From Candidatus Saccharimonadota bacterium (GTDB lineage Archaea; Nanohalarchaeota; Nanosalinia; Nanosalinales; Nanosalinaceae), in assembly GCA_001761425.1 (NCBI GenBank), contig CP012986.1, positions 120,001-152,000 of the forward strand: a stretch of DNA of 32,000 bases, written 5' to 3'. A program made the translations under genes and the position numbers. The number at the start of each line of letters is the position of its first letter. Position 1 is the first letter of the stretch. Below the pieces are notes generated by a model. That model did not search any database. It saw only the letters and a program-made list of their open reading frames with translations, and was not told the DNA's origin. Of the stretch, positions 8,253 through 16,996 are shown one piece after another.

Positions 8253-11200
8253 TGGAGACGGAAGAATACTTTGAGAAGATATCTGAAAAAACTGATAAGG
8301 CCTATGATGTAGCGGATAAAGCAAGAGATCAGTCAAAGGATCCTGAGGATAAAGTTGATATCCCGGTCGCTACAGATCTTCCTGAGAAGGCCTCGAGCCT
8401 TGTTATCGCAGCGATGTTCCCGGAGCTGGAGGATCAGGGCGTCGCCGGAAGGATCAGAGAGCTTGAAGATGAATACGGAAAAAACGATGAGCGTGTATCG
8501 TTCCAGATCGCCCGTGAGATCGCAAAAGGCCGTTTCTACGATTTTGATGACGTGGAGAAGGCCTGTAATGCCGGTATCCGTGTAGGAGTCTCTTACATGA
8601 CCGGAGGTATCACGACGGCTCCTCTTGAAGGCATCGGAGATGTGAAAGTGCGTACGAATGATGATGGAACTGATTACCTGGCGATGTATTACTCAGGGCC
8701 TATTAGATCGGCAGGAGGCACTGCCTCCGCTATGAGCGTTCTGCTTGCGGATTATGTACGTCTGGGAGTAGGCCTTGATCGTTTCAAGCCTTCGGATACT
8801 GTTTTGAAACGTTATTCGACTGAGGTGGATGATTATATTAACAGGGTTACTGCGAAGCAGTATAGCCCTGAGAGAGAAGAGACCGAGATGATCGCGGAGA
8901 ATGTTCCAGTGGAAGTCACGGGGTCGCCGACTGAAGAACTTGATGTTTCAAACTACAAGGATCTGGACAGAGTAGATACTAACAAGATCCGTGGAGGCCT
9001 CTGTCTCGTATACCTGGATGGATTGCCTTTGAAGGCTCCGAAGATCAAGAAGAGGATAGAGAAATGGGGTGAGGAGTTCGGCCTGGAGCACTGGAACTGG
9101 ATCAAGGATTATCTTGACCTCCAGAAAGAACTGCATTCTTCAGGAGATGATGACGAGGAAGAGGATGAACAAGATGAAGAAAAGAAAAAATACACACCTA
9201 GCGACAAGTATCTCGGATCTCTAACGGCTGGAAGGCCTATATTTGGGCATCCAGGTAGAAAAGGAGGTTTCCGCCTCAGGTATGGTCATACACGTACGAA
9301 CGGCCTGGCTGCGACCAGCTTCCATCCTGCTACTCTGGAGATCACTGAGAGGTTTCTGGCTATCGGGACCCAGATGAAAATCGAGTACCCTGGAAAAGCC
9401 ACAGTCGGAACACCGTGCGATGCTATTCATCCGCCCGTGGTCCGTCTGAACAACGGGGACGTGGTCAAAGTAGATACTAGGGAAAAAGCGAAAGAACTGG
9501 AAAGAAGGATAGATGAGATACTGTTCCTGGGAGATGTTCTCGTTCCTTACGGCGAGTTCGTGGAAAACGGGAAGAAACTACTGCCTTCACCGTACGTCAG
9601 CGAATGGTGGGACAAAGAACTGGAAAAAGCCCTGGAAGAACAGGACGTTAAACTTGGCAAAAGCTTCGAAGACCGTGAACCCTCACCGGAGGAGGCCTTC
9701 AAGATTTCAGAAGCCCTCGGAATCCCTCTACATCCCAAATGGACATACCACTGGCAAGAAACTTCTCCTGAAAAATTCAAGGCCTTATACAGCTCCCTTA
9801 GAGAACAGAAATGGACTGCAAAGGCGAAAAGAGCGCTGGAAGACATACTCGTACAACACGAAAATAAAGAGGAGGGAGGCATAGAACTCAGACAGGAAGA
9901 CGTTAAAGTCTTCCAGAGGCTTCTGGACCTCGAAAATGACCATATGGTTAAAGTAGAGGAAATAGGGAAGCCCTCAGATATACCAGAGTTTATAGAGGAT
10001 GTTTCCGGTATCGAGGTCCGTGAACAGGCACCTCATTACCTCGGCGGAAGGATGGGAAGGCCTGAAAAAGCGCAGAGAAGAACTCTGAACGGCGATCCAC
10101 AGCTTCTGTTCCCCTGCGGCAAGGAAGAGGGAGGAAGAATGAGAAACCTGACGATGAGCTACAAGAACGGCACGGTAAAGGAGCAGATCATCCACAACCG
10201 GTGTACGGAGTGCGGTGAGATCACGCATTACAGTTTCTGCCGTGAATGCGACGCACCGGCCGAGGAACTCTGGATCTGCAGTGACTGCGGTGAGGAATAC
10301 ACCGAGGAACAGGATAAATGCGATGACTGCGGCGGAGAATGGCTCAACAGATACAGGGAGACAGAGATCGATGTAGAAAAGATGATGGAGGACTCTCTAG
10401 AGAACCTGGATATGAGGCATCCGCCAGAACTCCTGAAATCCTTCAGAGGCATGACATCGAAGCATAAACACGTTGAACCTATCGAAAAAGGCCTTCTGCG
10501 CGAGAAACATAATCTATACGTTAACAAGGACGCCACCGTACGTTATGATGCTATAGATCTCCCTATGACTCATTTCAAGCCAAAGGAGATCAATGTATCT
10601 GTCGAAAAACTGAACGAGATCGGTTACACCGAGGATAAGAACGGCAGGCCTCTGGAGAGCGAGGATCAGATCGTTGAAATGAAGCCTCAGGATCTTGTCA
10701 TTCCTGACAGCGATAACACGCTTGCAGCCTCCGATTACTTTATGAGGGTCGCGAACTACGTCGATGACCTTCTTGAAGAGTTTTACGGCCTGGATACGTA
10801 CTACAATGTTGAGGATAAACAGGATCTTGTCGGCGAACTGATCATAGGCCTCGCACCGCATACCTCAGGAGGGACAGTAGGACGTATCATAGGTTTCACG
10901 GACGCGAAGGGAATCTACTCGCATCCTTACTGGCATGCAGCGAAAAGAAGGAACTGTGACGGAGATGAGGACGCCATTCTTTTGATGATGGACGGCCTTC
11001 TGAACTTCTCCAGGAAATACCTGCCTGATATGACAGGTGCAAGGACTATGGACGCACCTCTGATTCTTTCTACAGTTTTGAACGCCGACGAGATCGATGA
11101 TGAGGCCTGGGCGATTGAGACTGTGGACGAGTACCCGCTGAGCTTCTATGAGGAGTCACAAAAGTATGTGAAGCCGTGGGAGATGGAGACAGATATCCAG

Positions 11201-11740
11201 ATTGGTGAAGATATTGTCCACAGCGATGAACCGTACAGGCACGGCTATACTCATGAAACCACTGATGTTGAGGATGGTCCTAACCAGTCCGAATACGTTA
11301 CGCTGGACGAGATGAGTGAAAAGACTTCTGCGCAGCTAGGCCTTGGTGAGAAACTTAAAGCGGTTGACGAGGACGCGGTTGCAGAGCTATTATTACAGAA
11401 GCATTTCCTGCCAGACATCAGAGGTAATCTCCGGGCTTTTTCGGGCCAGGAGATGCGCTGTGTCGACTGTAACACGAAGTTCCGGCGTGTTCCCATGACA
11501 GAACAGACTATCGCAGCTTCAGGTAAGACGACCGCTACATGTCCTGAGTGCGGAGGTAAAGTCCTGCTAACGATTTCAGAGGGCACTATCAAGAAGTATA
11601 TGCAGCCCTCAAAAGAGATAATAGAGGAGTACGAGATCACTCCGTATCTGAGACAGCAGGTCCTGATGCTTAACAGCACCCTTCAAAGCCTGTTCGGAAA
11701 AGATCAGAGGCAGACAGGCCTGGGCCAGTTCTCAGGATAG
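8252..11740 (+). CDS. polD2: DNA polymerase II (PolD) large subunit DP2
   Basis: 1162 aa. Characteristic DP2 blocks: GRPIFGHPGRKGGFRLRYG, LGGRMGRPEKA, GLAPHTSGG, KRRNCDGDEDA. Several Cys4 zinc modules. Length is consistent with no intein. Confidence 0.95.
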   Translation: METEEYFEKISEKTDKAYDVADKARDQSKDPEDKVDIPVATDLPEKASSLVIAAMFPELEDQGVAGRIRELEDEYGKNDERVSFQIAREIAKGRFYDFDDVEKACNAGIRVGVSYMTGGITTAPLEGIGDVKVRTNDDGTDYLAMYYSGPIRSAGGTASAMSVLLADYVRLGVGLDRFKPSDTVLKRYSTEVDDYINRVTAKQYSPEREETEMIAENVPVEVTGSPTEELDVSNYKDLDRVDTNKIRGGLCLVYLDGLPLKAPKIKKRIEKWGEEFGLEHWNWIKDYLDLQKELHSSGDDDEEEDEQDEEKKKYTPSDKYLGSLTAGRPIFGHPGRKGGFRLRYGHTRTNGLAATSFHPATLEITERFLAIGTQMKIEYPGKATVGTPCDAIHPPVVRLNNGDVVKVDTREKAKELERRIDEILFLGDVLVPYGEFVENGKKLLPSPYVSEWWDKELEKALEEQDVKLGKSFEDREPSPEEAFKISEALGIPLHPKWTYHWQETSPEKFKALYSSLREQKWTAKAKRALEDILVQHENKEEGGIELRQEDVKVFQRLLDLENDHMVKVEEIGKPSDIPEFIEDVSGIEVREQAPHYLGGRMGRPEKAQRRTLNGDPQLLFPCGKEEGGRMRNLTMSYKNGTVKEQIIHNRCTECGEITHYSFCRECDAPAEELWICSDCGEEYTEEQDKCDDCGGEWLNRYRETEIDVEKMMEDSLENLDMRHPPELLKSFRGMTSKHKHVEPIEKGLLREKHNLYVNKDATVRYDAIDLPMTHFKPKEINVSVEKLNEIGYTEDKNGRPLESEDQIVEMKPQDLVIPDSDNTLAASDYFMRVANYVDDLLEEFYGLDTYYNVEDKQDLVGELIIGLAPHTSGGTVGRIIGFTDAKGIYSHPYWHAAKRRNCDGDEDAILLMMDGLLNFSRKYLPDMTGARTMDAPLILSTVLNADEIDDEAWAIETVDEYPLSFYEESQKYVKPWEMETDIQIGEDIVHSDEPYRHGYTHETTDVEDGPNQSEYVTLDEMSEKTSAQLGLGEKLKAVDEDAVAELLLQKHFLPDIRGNLRAFSGQEMRCVDCNTKFRRVPMTEQTIAASGKTTATCPECGGKVLLTISEGTIKKYMQPSKEIIEEYEITPYLRQQVLMLNSTLQSLFGKDQRQTGLGQFSG

Positions 11741-11966
11741 GCCTCCAGCTTCTCCCCTGCTTTTAGTAGATCTCAAAGCTCAGGAAAATAGAGAATAAAA
11801 TTTTCCATCAAGGTCTTTCTGAAACTGATACAGCAGAAGCTTTTGAGGCCTGAATTAAGGTTCGGTAGCTGACACGAAATGCATCAGGCCTGGCTAGAAC
11901 TTTTTTCAGGATCTTCTCTGCGGAGGGCGTAAGGTTAATTAGTTTCGAGCCCTCCTTTCTTCTATT

Positions 11967-12497
11967 ATGAAAAAGAACGTTGAGATTTCAGAAGTCATGA
12001 CGGACGGCGTTATCGCCGTTGAACAGGAGAAACCGGTTACGAGGGCAGCTAACCTTTTGAAAGAAGAGGGGATTAGAGGCCTTATTGTTGTAGATGACGG
12101 TGAGGCTGTAGGAGTTGTTGTATGCCGTGATATAGTCTATCAGGTTACAGCTGAAGGCCTTGATCCTACAGAGGTTGCTGTCGAGGATATAATGAGCACT
12201 GACTTGATCGTTGCCGAGGAAGACGAGTACCTGAACGAGGTTGCGATGGCGATGGTCAGGAATAATGTTTCCCGTGTGCCTGTAGTCAGGGAGAATATGC
12301 TTGTAGGTATTGTAACTCAGAGTGACATCCTCAGGGCCTGGCCTGGTTTCGCCGAGATCATGGGCGAGGAAGAGGAGATGGAGGCAGAGGCTACTCCAAG
12401 GCCTGAATCCGAGAGCGGTAACTGCGAGTCCTGTGAGAACTACTCGGAGGATCTGAAGAACGTCAACGGCATGTGGGTCTGTCCGAAGTGTCGTTAG
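11967..12497 (+). CDS. CBS-domain pair protein with C-terminal zinc ribbon
   Basis: 176 aa. Two CBS repeats (EVMTDGVIAVE...GLIVVDDGEAVGVV and DIMSTDLIVAE...VSRVPVVRENMLVGIVTQSDIL), then CESCEN-x14-CPKC. Confidence 0.85.
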   Translation: MKKNVEISEVMTDGVIAVEQEKPVTRAANLLKEEGIRGLIVVDDGEAVGVVVCRDIVYQVTAEGLDPTEVAVEDIMSTDLIVAEEDEYLNEVAMAMVRNNVSRVPVVRENMLVGIVTQSDILRAWPGFAEIMGEEEEMEAEATPRPESESGNCESCENYSEDLKNVNGMWVCPKCR

Positions 12498-12498
12498 A

Positions 12499-12524
12499 TT
12501 TTTTTCTTTGTTATTTTTCTTTTC
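12499..12524 (+). terminator. oligo-T rich tract after the CBS gene
   Basis: tttttttctttgttatttttcttttc begins immediately after the TAG stop. Archaeal termination typically uses oligo-T tracts. Confidence 0.35.
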
Positions 12525-12570
12525 TGGAATGGAGGGCTTTTTTACAGAGGCCTGATAAGTAGTTACTTAT

Positions 12571-13017
12571 ATGGAGATAATTGAGGAAGCGGTCCGCCGT
12601 CGACAGACCCTTGAACTTGAGTACCCGCGTGAGGCCTACGACGAGATAAAGGACCTGCTGGAAAACAGGATGGGCTTTGACCATGTCCACGAGGAGAAAT
12701 ACTACAACGACGTGGACGGGGACATGATCCGTGTAAAGATCGAGACTGTAGAAGCCCTTGACGGAGAGACCAGGGAGGAGCTGGAGATTTTCTTCAAGAT
12801 TAACAAGGCGACCGGCGAAGTTGATATCCAGGTCAAGGGCAAACTAGTGACCGAGTACCCTGATGAGAAGATGTGGCAGGACACTCTGTGGTACTACGCT
12901 TACCGCTCGCTTTACGACAAGTTCCTGTACGGCAGTGTCAGAGAGGGTTATGAACCAGCGGTAGAGGAAAAAGTAGATAGTCTCATGACAAGGATGAGGG
13001 ATACCCTGGAGGCCTGA
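12571..13017 (+). CDS. hypothetical protein, member 1 of a three-gene paralog cluster
   Basis: 148-aa acidic ORF. Collinear with the next gene: AYDEIKDLLENRMGFD vs IYRGLKDLLVDEFDMD, KLVTEYP vs EVLTVYP, and an aromatic-rich C-terminal helix (WYYAYRSLYDKFLY vs ILVGIWYNKFYS). Confidence 0.7.
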   Translation: MEIIEEAVRRRQTLELEYPREAYDEIKDLLENRMGFDHVHEEKYYNDVDGDMIRVKIETVEALDGETREELEIFFKINKATGEVDIQVKGKLVTEYPDEKMWQDTLWYYAYRSLYDKFLYGSVREGYEPAVEEKVDSLMTRMRDTLEA

Positions 13018-13025
13018 AAAAATAT

Positions 13026-13643
13026 ATGGTAAAATACTCAGATCACTACTTCAGGAAATCCGACCACTTCTTCGTGGACGAGGACCCGGCCAGGATCTAC
13101 AGAGGCCTCAAAGACCTTCTTGTGGACGAGTTCGATATGGACAGAATCGAGGAAGGGAAGATGGAGTTTAACGTAGAGAAGCCAAAGGACAGGGTCCGCA
13201 TGCACGCGTTTAAAGAAAAGTCTCCGCATACTGTAATCCATTACAGTCTGTCGTTCAAGGCGAAGACACCTAAAGATATTTATGCGAAGGAGAGGCGTGA
13301 AGGCCTTTTCAAGGCCCGTGTCCAGACTTCTGCGGAGGTCTTAACTGTTTATCCTGGATGGAATCCTACTTCGTGGGAGCCTCAGGGCCCTTCGTATTAC
13401 AAGCAGGAGAGGATGCCTGATGCACCTGTTGCAGAGGAGAAAACGCGTTTCCAGCGTTCCAAATTATACAAGATCCTGGTAGGTATCTGGTACAACAAAT
13501 TTTATTCCAAAGAGATTCACAGGTATGGTGAGGAGGCAGAAGAGTCTGTGATACGTATTCAAAACCTTATGAGAGAGAAGTTCGGAGTCCAGGAATCTAT
13601 CGGCAGGACCGGAGCTTCTCACTACGATGCACCGTGGAAGTAA
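13026..13643 (+). CDS. hypothetical protein, member 2 of a three-gene paralog cluster
   Basis: 205-aa ORF, 8 nt after member 1. Shares the block order of member 1, with an inserted loop (GWNPTSWEPQGPSYYKQERMPDAPVAEE). Confidence 0.7.
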   Translation: MVKYSDHYFRKSDHFFVDEDPARIYRGLKDLLVDEFDMDRIEEGKMEFNVEKPKDRVRMHAFKEKSPHTVIHYSLSFKAKTPKDIYAKERREGLFKARVQTSAEVLTVYPGWNPTSWEPQGPSYYKQERMPDAPVAEEKTRFQRSKLYKILVGIWYNKFYSKEIHRYGEEAEESVIRIQNLMREKFGVQESIGRTGASHYDAPWK

Positions 13644-13656
13644 GGCCTGATGAGAC

Positions 13657-14313
13657 ATGAGTGATGACGAACAAGGTTTTCTGGACGGGGTAGCTTACTG
13701 GTTTCGGACACCGGATCCGGGTAAAGTAGATGAGGATAATATCTGGCATGATTTCCATATTTTCGACGGTGGATGGGTCGAACTTGTAAACAGGCTGGAA
13801 TGGTACGAGTCACCGAACGTTACGTCGATCTACGAACAGCACAAGTACATGATGAAGGAAAACATGGACATGACCAGGCCTTTCGAGAACTACTTCTACC
13901 AGAACGTGGACAGCGGTGAATTCGAGTCCAAGATGGAATGTGAGATGCCCTTGCCCAGTGGTAGAGGGAATTACAGGATAAGGCCTCGTATCAGGACGAA
14001 GGCTCCGCCTTCAGGGGAAAACGACTTTGGCCTGGTCGAGTACTGGAGTAGGTTAGAGATTTCGTATGATATGCCCCAGGGAGTGGATTTCCTTCCGCGT
14101 TTCGTGGCGAGGCCTCTTAACAGGTTTTTCAAGTGGGCTTTCCTGAAATATATCGGGGAAGAGATGATAGAGTATGACGGCGAATACGCGAGGGAAAAAC
14201 TGATGGAGTACATCCGTTATGTGAGAAAATACCACGGCGAGGAGCCGACACAGACCAAGACAAGACAGGCAGTATTCGAACCTGATCCTGAGGAAGGCAC
14301 TTTCTTCCAGTAG
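13657..14313 (+). CDS. hypothetical protein, member 3 (more divergent) of the cluster
   Basis: 218-aa ORF, 13 nt after member 2. Its C-terminal amphipathic aromatic helix (RFFKWAFLKYIGEEMIEYDGEYAREKLMEYIRYVRKY) resembles those of members 1 and 2. Confidence 0.7.
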   Translation: MSDDEQGFLDGVAYWFRTPDPGKVDEDNIWHDFHIFDGGWVELVNRLEWYESPNVTSIYEQHKYMMKENMDMTRPFENYFYQNVDSGEFESKMECEMPLPSGRGNYRIRPRIRTKAPPSGENDFGLVEYWSRLEISYDMPQGVDFLPRFVARPLNRFFKWAFLKYIGEEMIEYDGEYAREKLMEYIRYVRKYHGEEPTQTKTRQAVFEPDPEEGTFFQ

Positions 14314-14315
14314 AC

Positions 14316-14684
14316 GTGAATCCGAATCAAGTTAAGTTTAACCCGACAAAACTTGACTGTAGTCTTTTTTTGGCTGCCCTTTGGTCAGCACGAATGACCG
14401 GAAAAGGGACCCGGGATGATTGCGTGTGTTACCGGGCAGCCAAATCTACTTTTCAACCTTCAACTGGCGAACGAATGCCTGAGATCTATTTCAAGGTCAA
14501 ATCCTGTAAAGAGTTCGATATAGAGATAAAGACCTATCCAGTTATAGGCCTTGAGTCCGAAACCAGGAATGGGAGAGCTAACTCAAAGATTTTGAACAGG
14601 TCTCAGGTGAAAGACCTGCGATCTTATCAGGTTATACTTCCCGCAGGAGAAAACTGGAAAAATTCAACAGAAAAAATAAGCTAA
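14316..14684 (+). CDS. doubtful hypothetical protein (basic, Cys-containing); alternative ATG starts at 14394 or 14475
   Basis: 122-aa GTG-start ORF from the track. It reads through the hairpin and T7 tract, and its composition (K/R/C-rich) contrasts with the acidic proteins around it. The C-terminal part (EIYFKVKSCKEFDIEIKTYPVIGLE) looks protein-like. Confidence 0.3.
   Translation: MNPNQVKFNPTKLDCSLFLAALWSARMTGKGTRDDCVCYRAAKSTFQPSTGERMPEIYFKVKSCKEFDIEIKTYPVIGLESETRNGRANSKILNRSQVKDLRSYQVILPAGENWKNSTEKIS
14327..14371 (+). terminator. hairpin plus T7 tract downstream of the three-gene cluster
   Basis: The 7-bp stem tcaagtt (14327-14333) pairs with aacttga (14350-14356). A run of seven T follows at 14365-14371. 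Confidence 0.4.
14372..14650 (+). ncRNA. candidate structured RNA of unknown class (mutually exclusive with the ORF below)
   Basis: Closed 5' domain: ggctgccc 14372-14379 pairs with gggcagcc 14434-14441 and encloses hairpin ggtca/tgacc 14383-14399. Four nested long-range helices follow (coordinates in findings). A GGAA-capped hairpin lies at 14551-14586. No SRP or RNase P signature could be confirmed. Confidence 0.3.
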
Positions 14685-14706
14685 GGGAAAAAATCGAGGG
14701 ATTACA

Positions 14707-15852
14707 ATGGGTAAGGTAGCACAGGATCAGGCGAAATATGTAGTAGAAGCAAAACTTGAAGCAGGCGGAATAATAGAGAAATCAGATATCGTAGGCGCGA
14801 TATTCGGACAGACAGAAGGCCTTCTAGGGGAGGAACTTGACCTGAGAGAGCTGAAGGAGAAAGGAAAAGTCGGGCGTATGGATCTGGAGATCCAGAGAAG
14901 AGACGGTAAGACAGAGGCCTCTATAGAGCTTCCTACATCTCTTGACGCGACAGACACAGCTCTTCTAGGTGCTTCTCTGGAGACCATTGAGCGTGCAGGG
15001 CCTACAGGTGCCAGCATCAAGGTGGAAAAGATCAGGGACGACAGAAATTCGAAGAGAGATTATATCATTAAGCGTGCGAAGCAGTTGATGGAAGATATCG
15101 AAGAGGAAAAACCTTCGAAGCAGGAGATCACGGACGAGATCAAGGGAGAGGTCCGTGAGAAACAGGTCACAGATTTCAGAGGCTTTACAGCTGGCCCTGA
15201 TGCAGAGAGAAATGAAGAAGTCGTAGTCGTAGAGGGGAAAGCAGATGTCACCAATCTCCTCAAGCACGGGGTTAAAAACGCCGTAGCGATCGGCGGAACA
15301 GATGTACCCTCCGGCATTTCAAAGATCGCAGATGATAAAGATCTAACAGCTTTCCTAGACGGAGACCGCGGAGGAGACCTTATACTTGAAGAAGTTAAGG
15401 AAAAAGCTGAGCCAAGGTTCGTTGCCAGAGCCCCTGAAGGAAAAGAAGTCGAGGAGCTATCAAAACAGGAACTGCATGAAGCTCTGCGCGACAAAAGACC
15501 TGTGAAATACGCAGGTTCTACAGACGCCGAAGATGACATCGATGAAGAACTGAGAGAAGGCCTTCTCCAGTCCCTGGATGATCTTGTGGCTACACGTGCT
15601 GCCAATGTTTTAAACGAGGATCTGGAGGTCGAGGAACGTGCTCCTGTAGATAAAGTTGAGAATGCTCTGCGGAAAGCGGATGAGGCCTCGGCATTGGTTC
15701 TTGACGGCGAGGTTGATAACAGCCTGGTATCTATGGCTGAGGCCTACGATGTAGAGTATTTGGGCGGTATGTCTCGTTCTGATACTGCTTCATCCAGTGA
15801 TCTGGAGATCTTGACCCGTGAGGGGCTTGCTGAGGTTATTTCTTCTCAATAG
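14707..15852 (+). CDS. dnaG: archaeal DnaG-type primase / TOPRIM protein
   Basis: 381 aa. Conserved N-terminal YVVEAKLEAGGIIEKSDIVGAIFGQTEGLLG. TOPRIM motifs VVVVEGKADV and FLDGDRGGDLI. Confidence 0.9.
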   Translation: MGKVAQDQAKYVVEAKLEAGGIIEKSDIVGAIFGQTEGLLGEELDLRELKEKGKVGRMDLEIQRRDGKTEASIELPTSLDATDTALLGASLETIERAGPTGASIKVEKIRDDRNSKRDYIIKRAKQLMEDIEEEKPSKQEITDEIKGEVREKQVTDFRGFTAGPDAERNEEVVVVEGKADVTNLLKHGVKNAVAIGGTDVPSGISKIADDKDLTAFLDGDRGGDLILEEVKEKAEPRFVARAPEGKEVEELSKQELHEALRDKRPVKYAGSTDAEDDIDEELREGLLQSLDDLVATRAANVLNEDLEVEERAPVDKVENALRKADEASALVLDGEVDNSLVSMAEAYDVEYLGGMSRSDTASSSDLEILTREGLAEVISSQ

Positions 15853-16369
15853 AGTCCATCACAATAGTAGCAGGTACCAGGAGGCGTGGATCTACGTCTC
15901 CGCACAGTTTTATTTTGTAAAAGTCCCGGAACATGAACTTTCCGTCGATATCAGCCAGTTTTTCGCCTTCTATCGATACCACGTCGTATTTGAAAGGCAA
16001 CAATGTGGTTATGTATCTTCTTGTAAGTGAGAGAGGTAAGAGATCTTCCTTTATAGTTCCTACAACCTGGTTATCCCTGTCGATCAGCTTCCACTGATGG
16101 AATACAAGACCCCATTCTCGTCTTAGGCCTCCTATGACCTCATCTTCCTCCTCATCTATTATACTGTAAGAGGCCGGTACATCAAGTTCCGGGTTGGTCG
16201 TCACCGTCAGTTTTCTCTCATCTTCTTTGTCAACGAATACCAGGTCTTCTCTTATCTCCGAGTCATCTATCTTCGAGTAAAGAAAAAGATCCCCGTTCTC
16301 ATAGATCTTGTGCTGATCCCCGTCCGAGAAAGACTTTTCCCTTACCTGATAATTATCGGAGTCAAACAT
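15836..16369 (-). CDS. hypothetical protein, possibly tubby C-terminal-like / LURP-one-related (DUF567-like) fold
   Basis: 177-aa ORF. Repetitive beta-strand pattern (WKLIDRDNQVVGTIKEDLL, YDVVSIEGEKLADIDGKF). 17-nt convergent overlap with dnaG. The family assignment is tentative. Confidence 0.55.
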   Translation of the reverse strand: MFDSDNYQVREKSFSDGDQHKIYENGDLFLYSKIDDSEIREDLVFVDKEDERKLTVTTNPELDVPASYSIIDEEEDEVIGGLRREWGLVFHQWKLIDRDNQVVGTIKEDLLPLSLTRRYITTLLPFKYDVVSIEGEKLADIDGKFMFRDFYKIKLCGDVDPRLLVPATIVMDSIEKK

Positions 16370-16447
16370 TCTCTCAGGAAAACGCTTGAAACCTTTTCTT
16401 TATAAGACTGAACTGCCTCGCTCCAGAAAAGGAGAATAAAAATTTTT

Positions 16448-16909
16448 TTATCTCAGGCCTGAAAGATCCAGAGGCCTTCCTTCGACCCTGGATTCGAGAA
16501 CTACGTTTGTCTTGGTATCTGTTATCCCTTCAAGCTGGTTCAGGTCATCTGTCAGGTTTTCTCGCATCTTTTCCCGGCTGATAAACTTGCAGATCGCGAT
16601 GATATCCGTATCTCCAGTCACCTGGTACAGCGAGTGGATATAGCTTTTTTCTGATAGAGTTTTCGAGACTTCTTTCTGTTTACCCGCCTCAGTCTTGATC
16701 TGGGTTATACAGGTAAAACTGAAGCCCAGCTTCCCGTAATCCAGCTGAGGCCTGAAACCTTTGATAACCTCCTTATCATGCAGTTCCTGGAAATGGTTGC
16801 TGACTGTGGAAGGAGAATAATCCAGTCTATCCGCAATTTTCCTGAGCGAGAGCCTCCCATCCTCATTCAACTGTTCAATTATTCGAACGTCCTTGATATT
16901 AGCCGACAT
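16448..16909 (-). CDS. lrp: Lrp/AsnC family transcriptional regulator
   Basis: HTH region DVRIIEQLNEDGRLSLRKIADRLDYSPSTVSNHFQELHDKEVIKGF, followed by a RAM/AsnC_trans_reg-like C-terminal domain. ATG at 16909 is preferred over the track's TTG at 16918. Confidence 0.9.
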   Translation of the reverse strand: MSANIKDVRIIEQLNEDGRLSLRKIADRLDYSPSTVSNHFQELHDKEVIKGFRPQLDYGKLGFSFTCITQIKTEAGKQKEVSKTLSEKSYIHSLYQVTGDTDIIAICKFISREKMRENLTDDLNQLEGITDTKTNVVLESRVEGRPLDLSGLR

Positions 16910-16996
16910 ATAACACAAACAAAGGCCTCAACCTTTAAAAACTGGATGTATGTTCGAAGATAATTATATAACTCTGGCAAACGTATAAATATTCAT

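Noticed and set aside
11847-11893. Inverted AGGCCTGA / TCAGGCCT pair in the polD2-CBS spacer as a specific hairpin RNA
   Set aside because: Both arms are copies of the ubiquitous AGGCCT motif and the loop is about 30 nt. This is more simply explained by the motif's abundance than by a dedicated structure.
14372-14700. Naming the structured region as SRP RNA or RNase P RNA
   Set aside because: Only loose resemblances were found: a GGAA hairpin, GGUGAAAG and ACAGAAA strings, and a GAUGAxUGCGUGUG stretch. The canonical SRP helix-8 loops are absent, and so is the RNase P P4 pairing between the GGAAAGUCC-like and ACAGAA..GGCUUA-like strands. It is kept as an unclassified candidate only.
15060-15605. 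181-aa minus-strand ORF antisense to dnaG
   Set aside because: It is a Ser-rich shadow ORF inside a well-supported TOPRIM gene.
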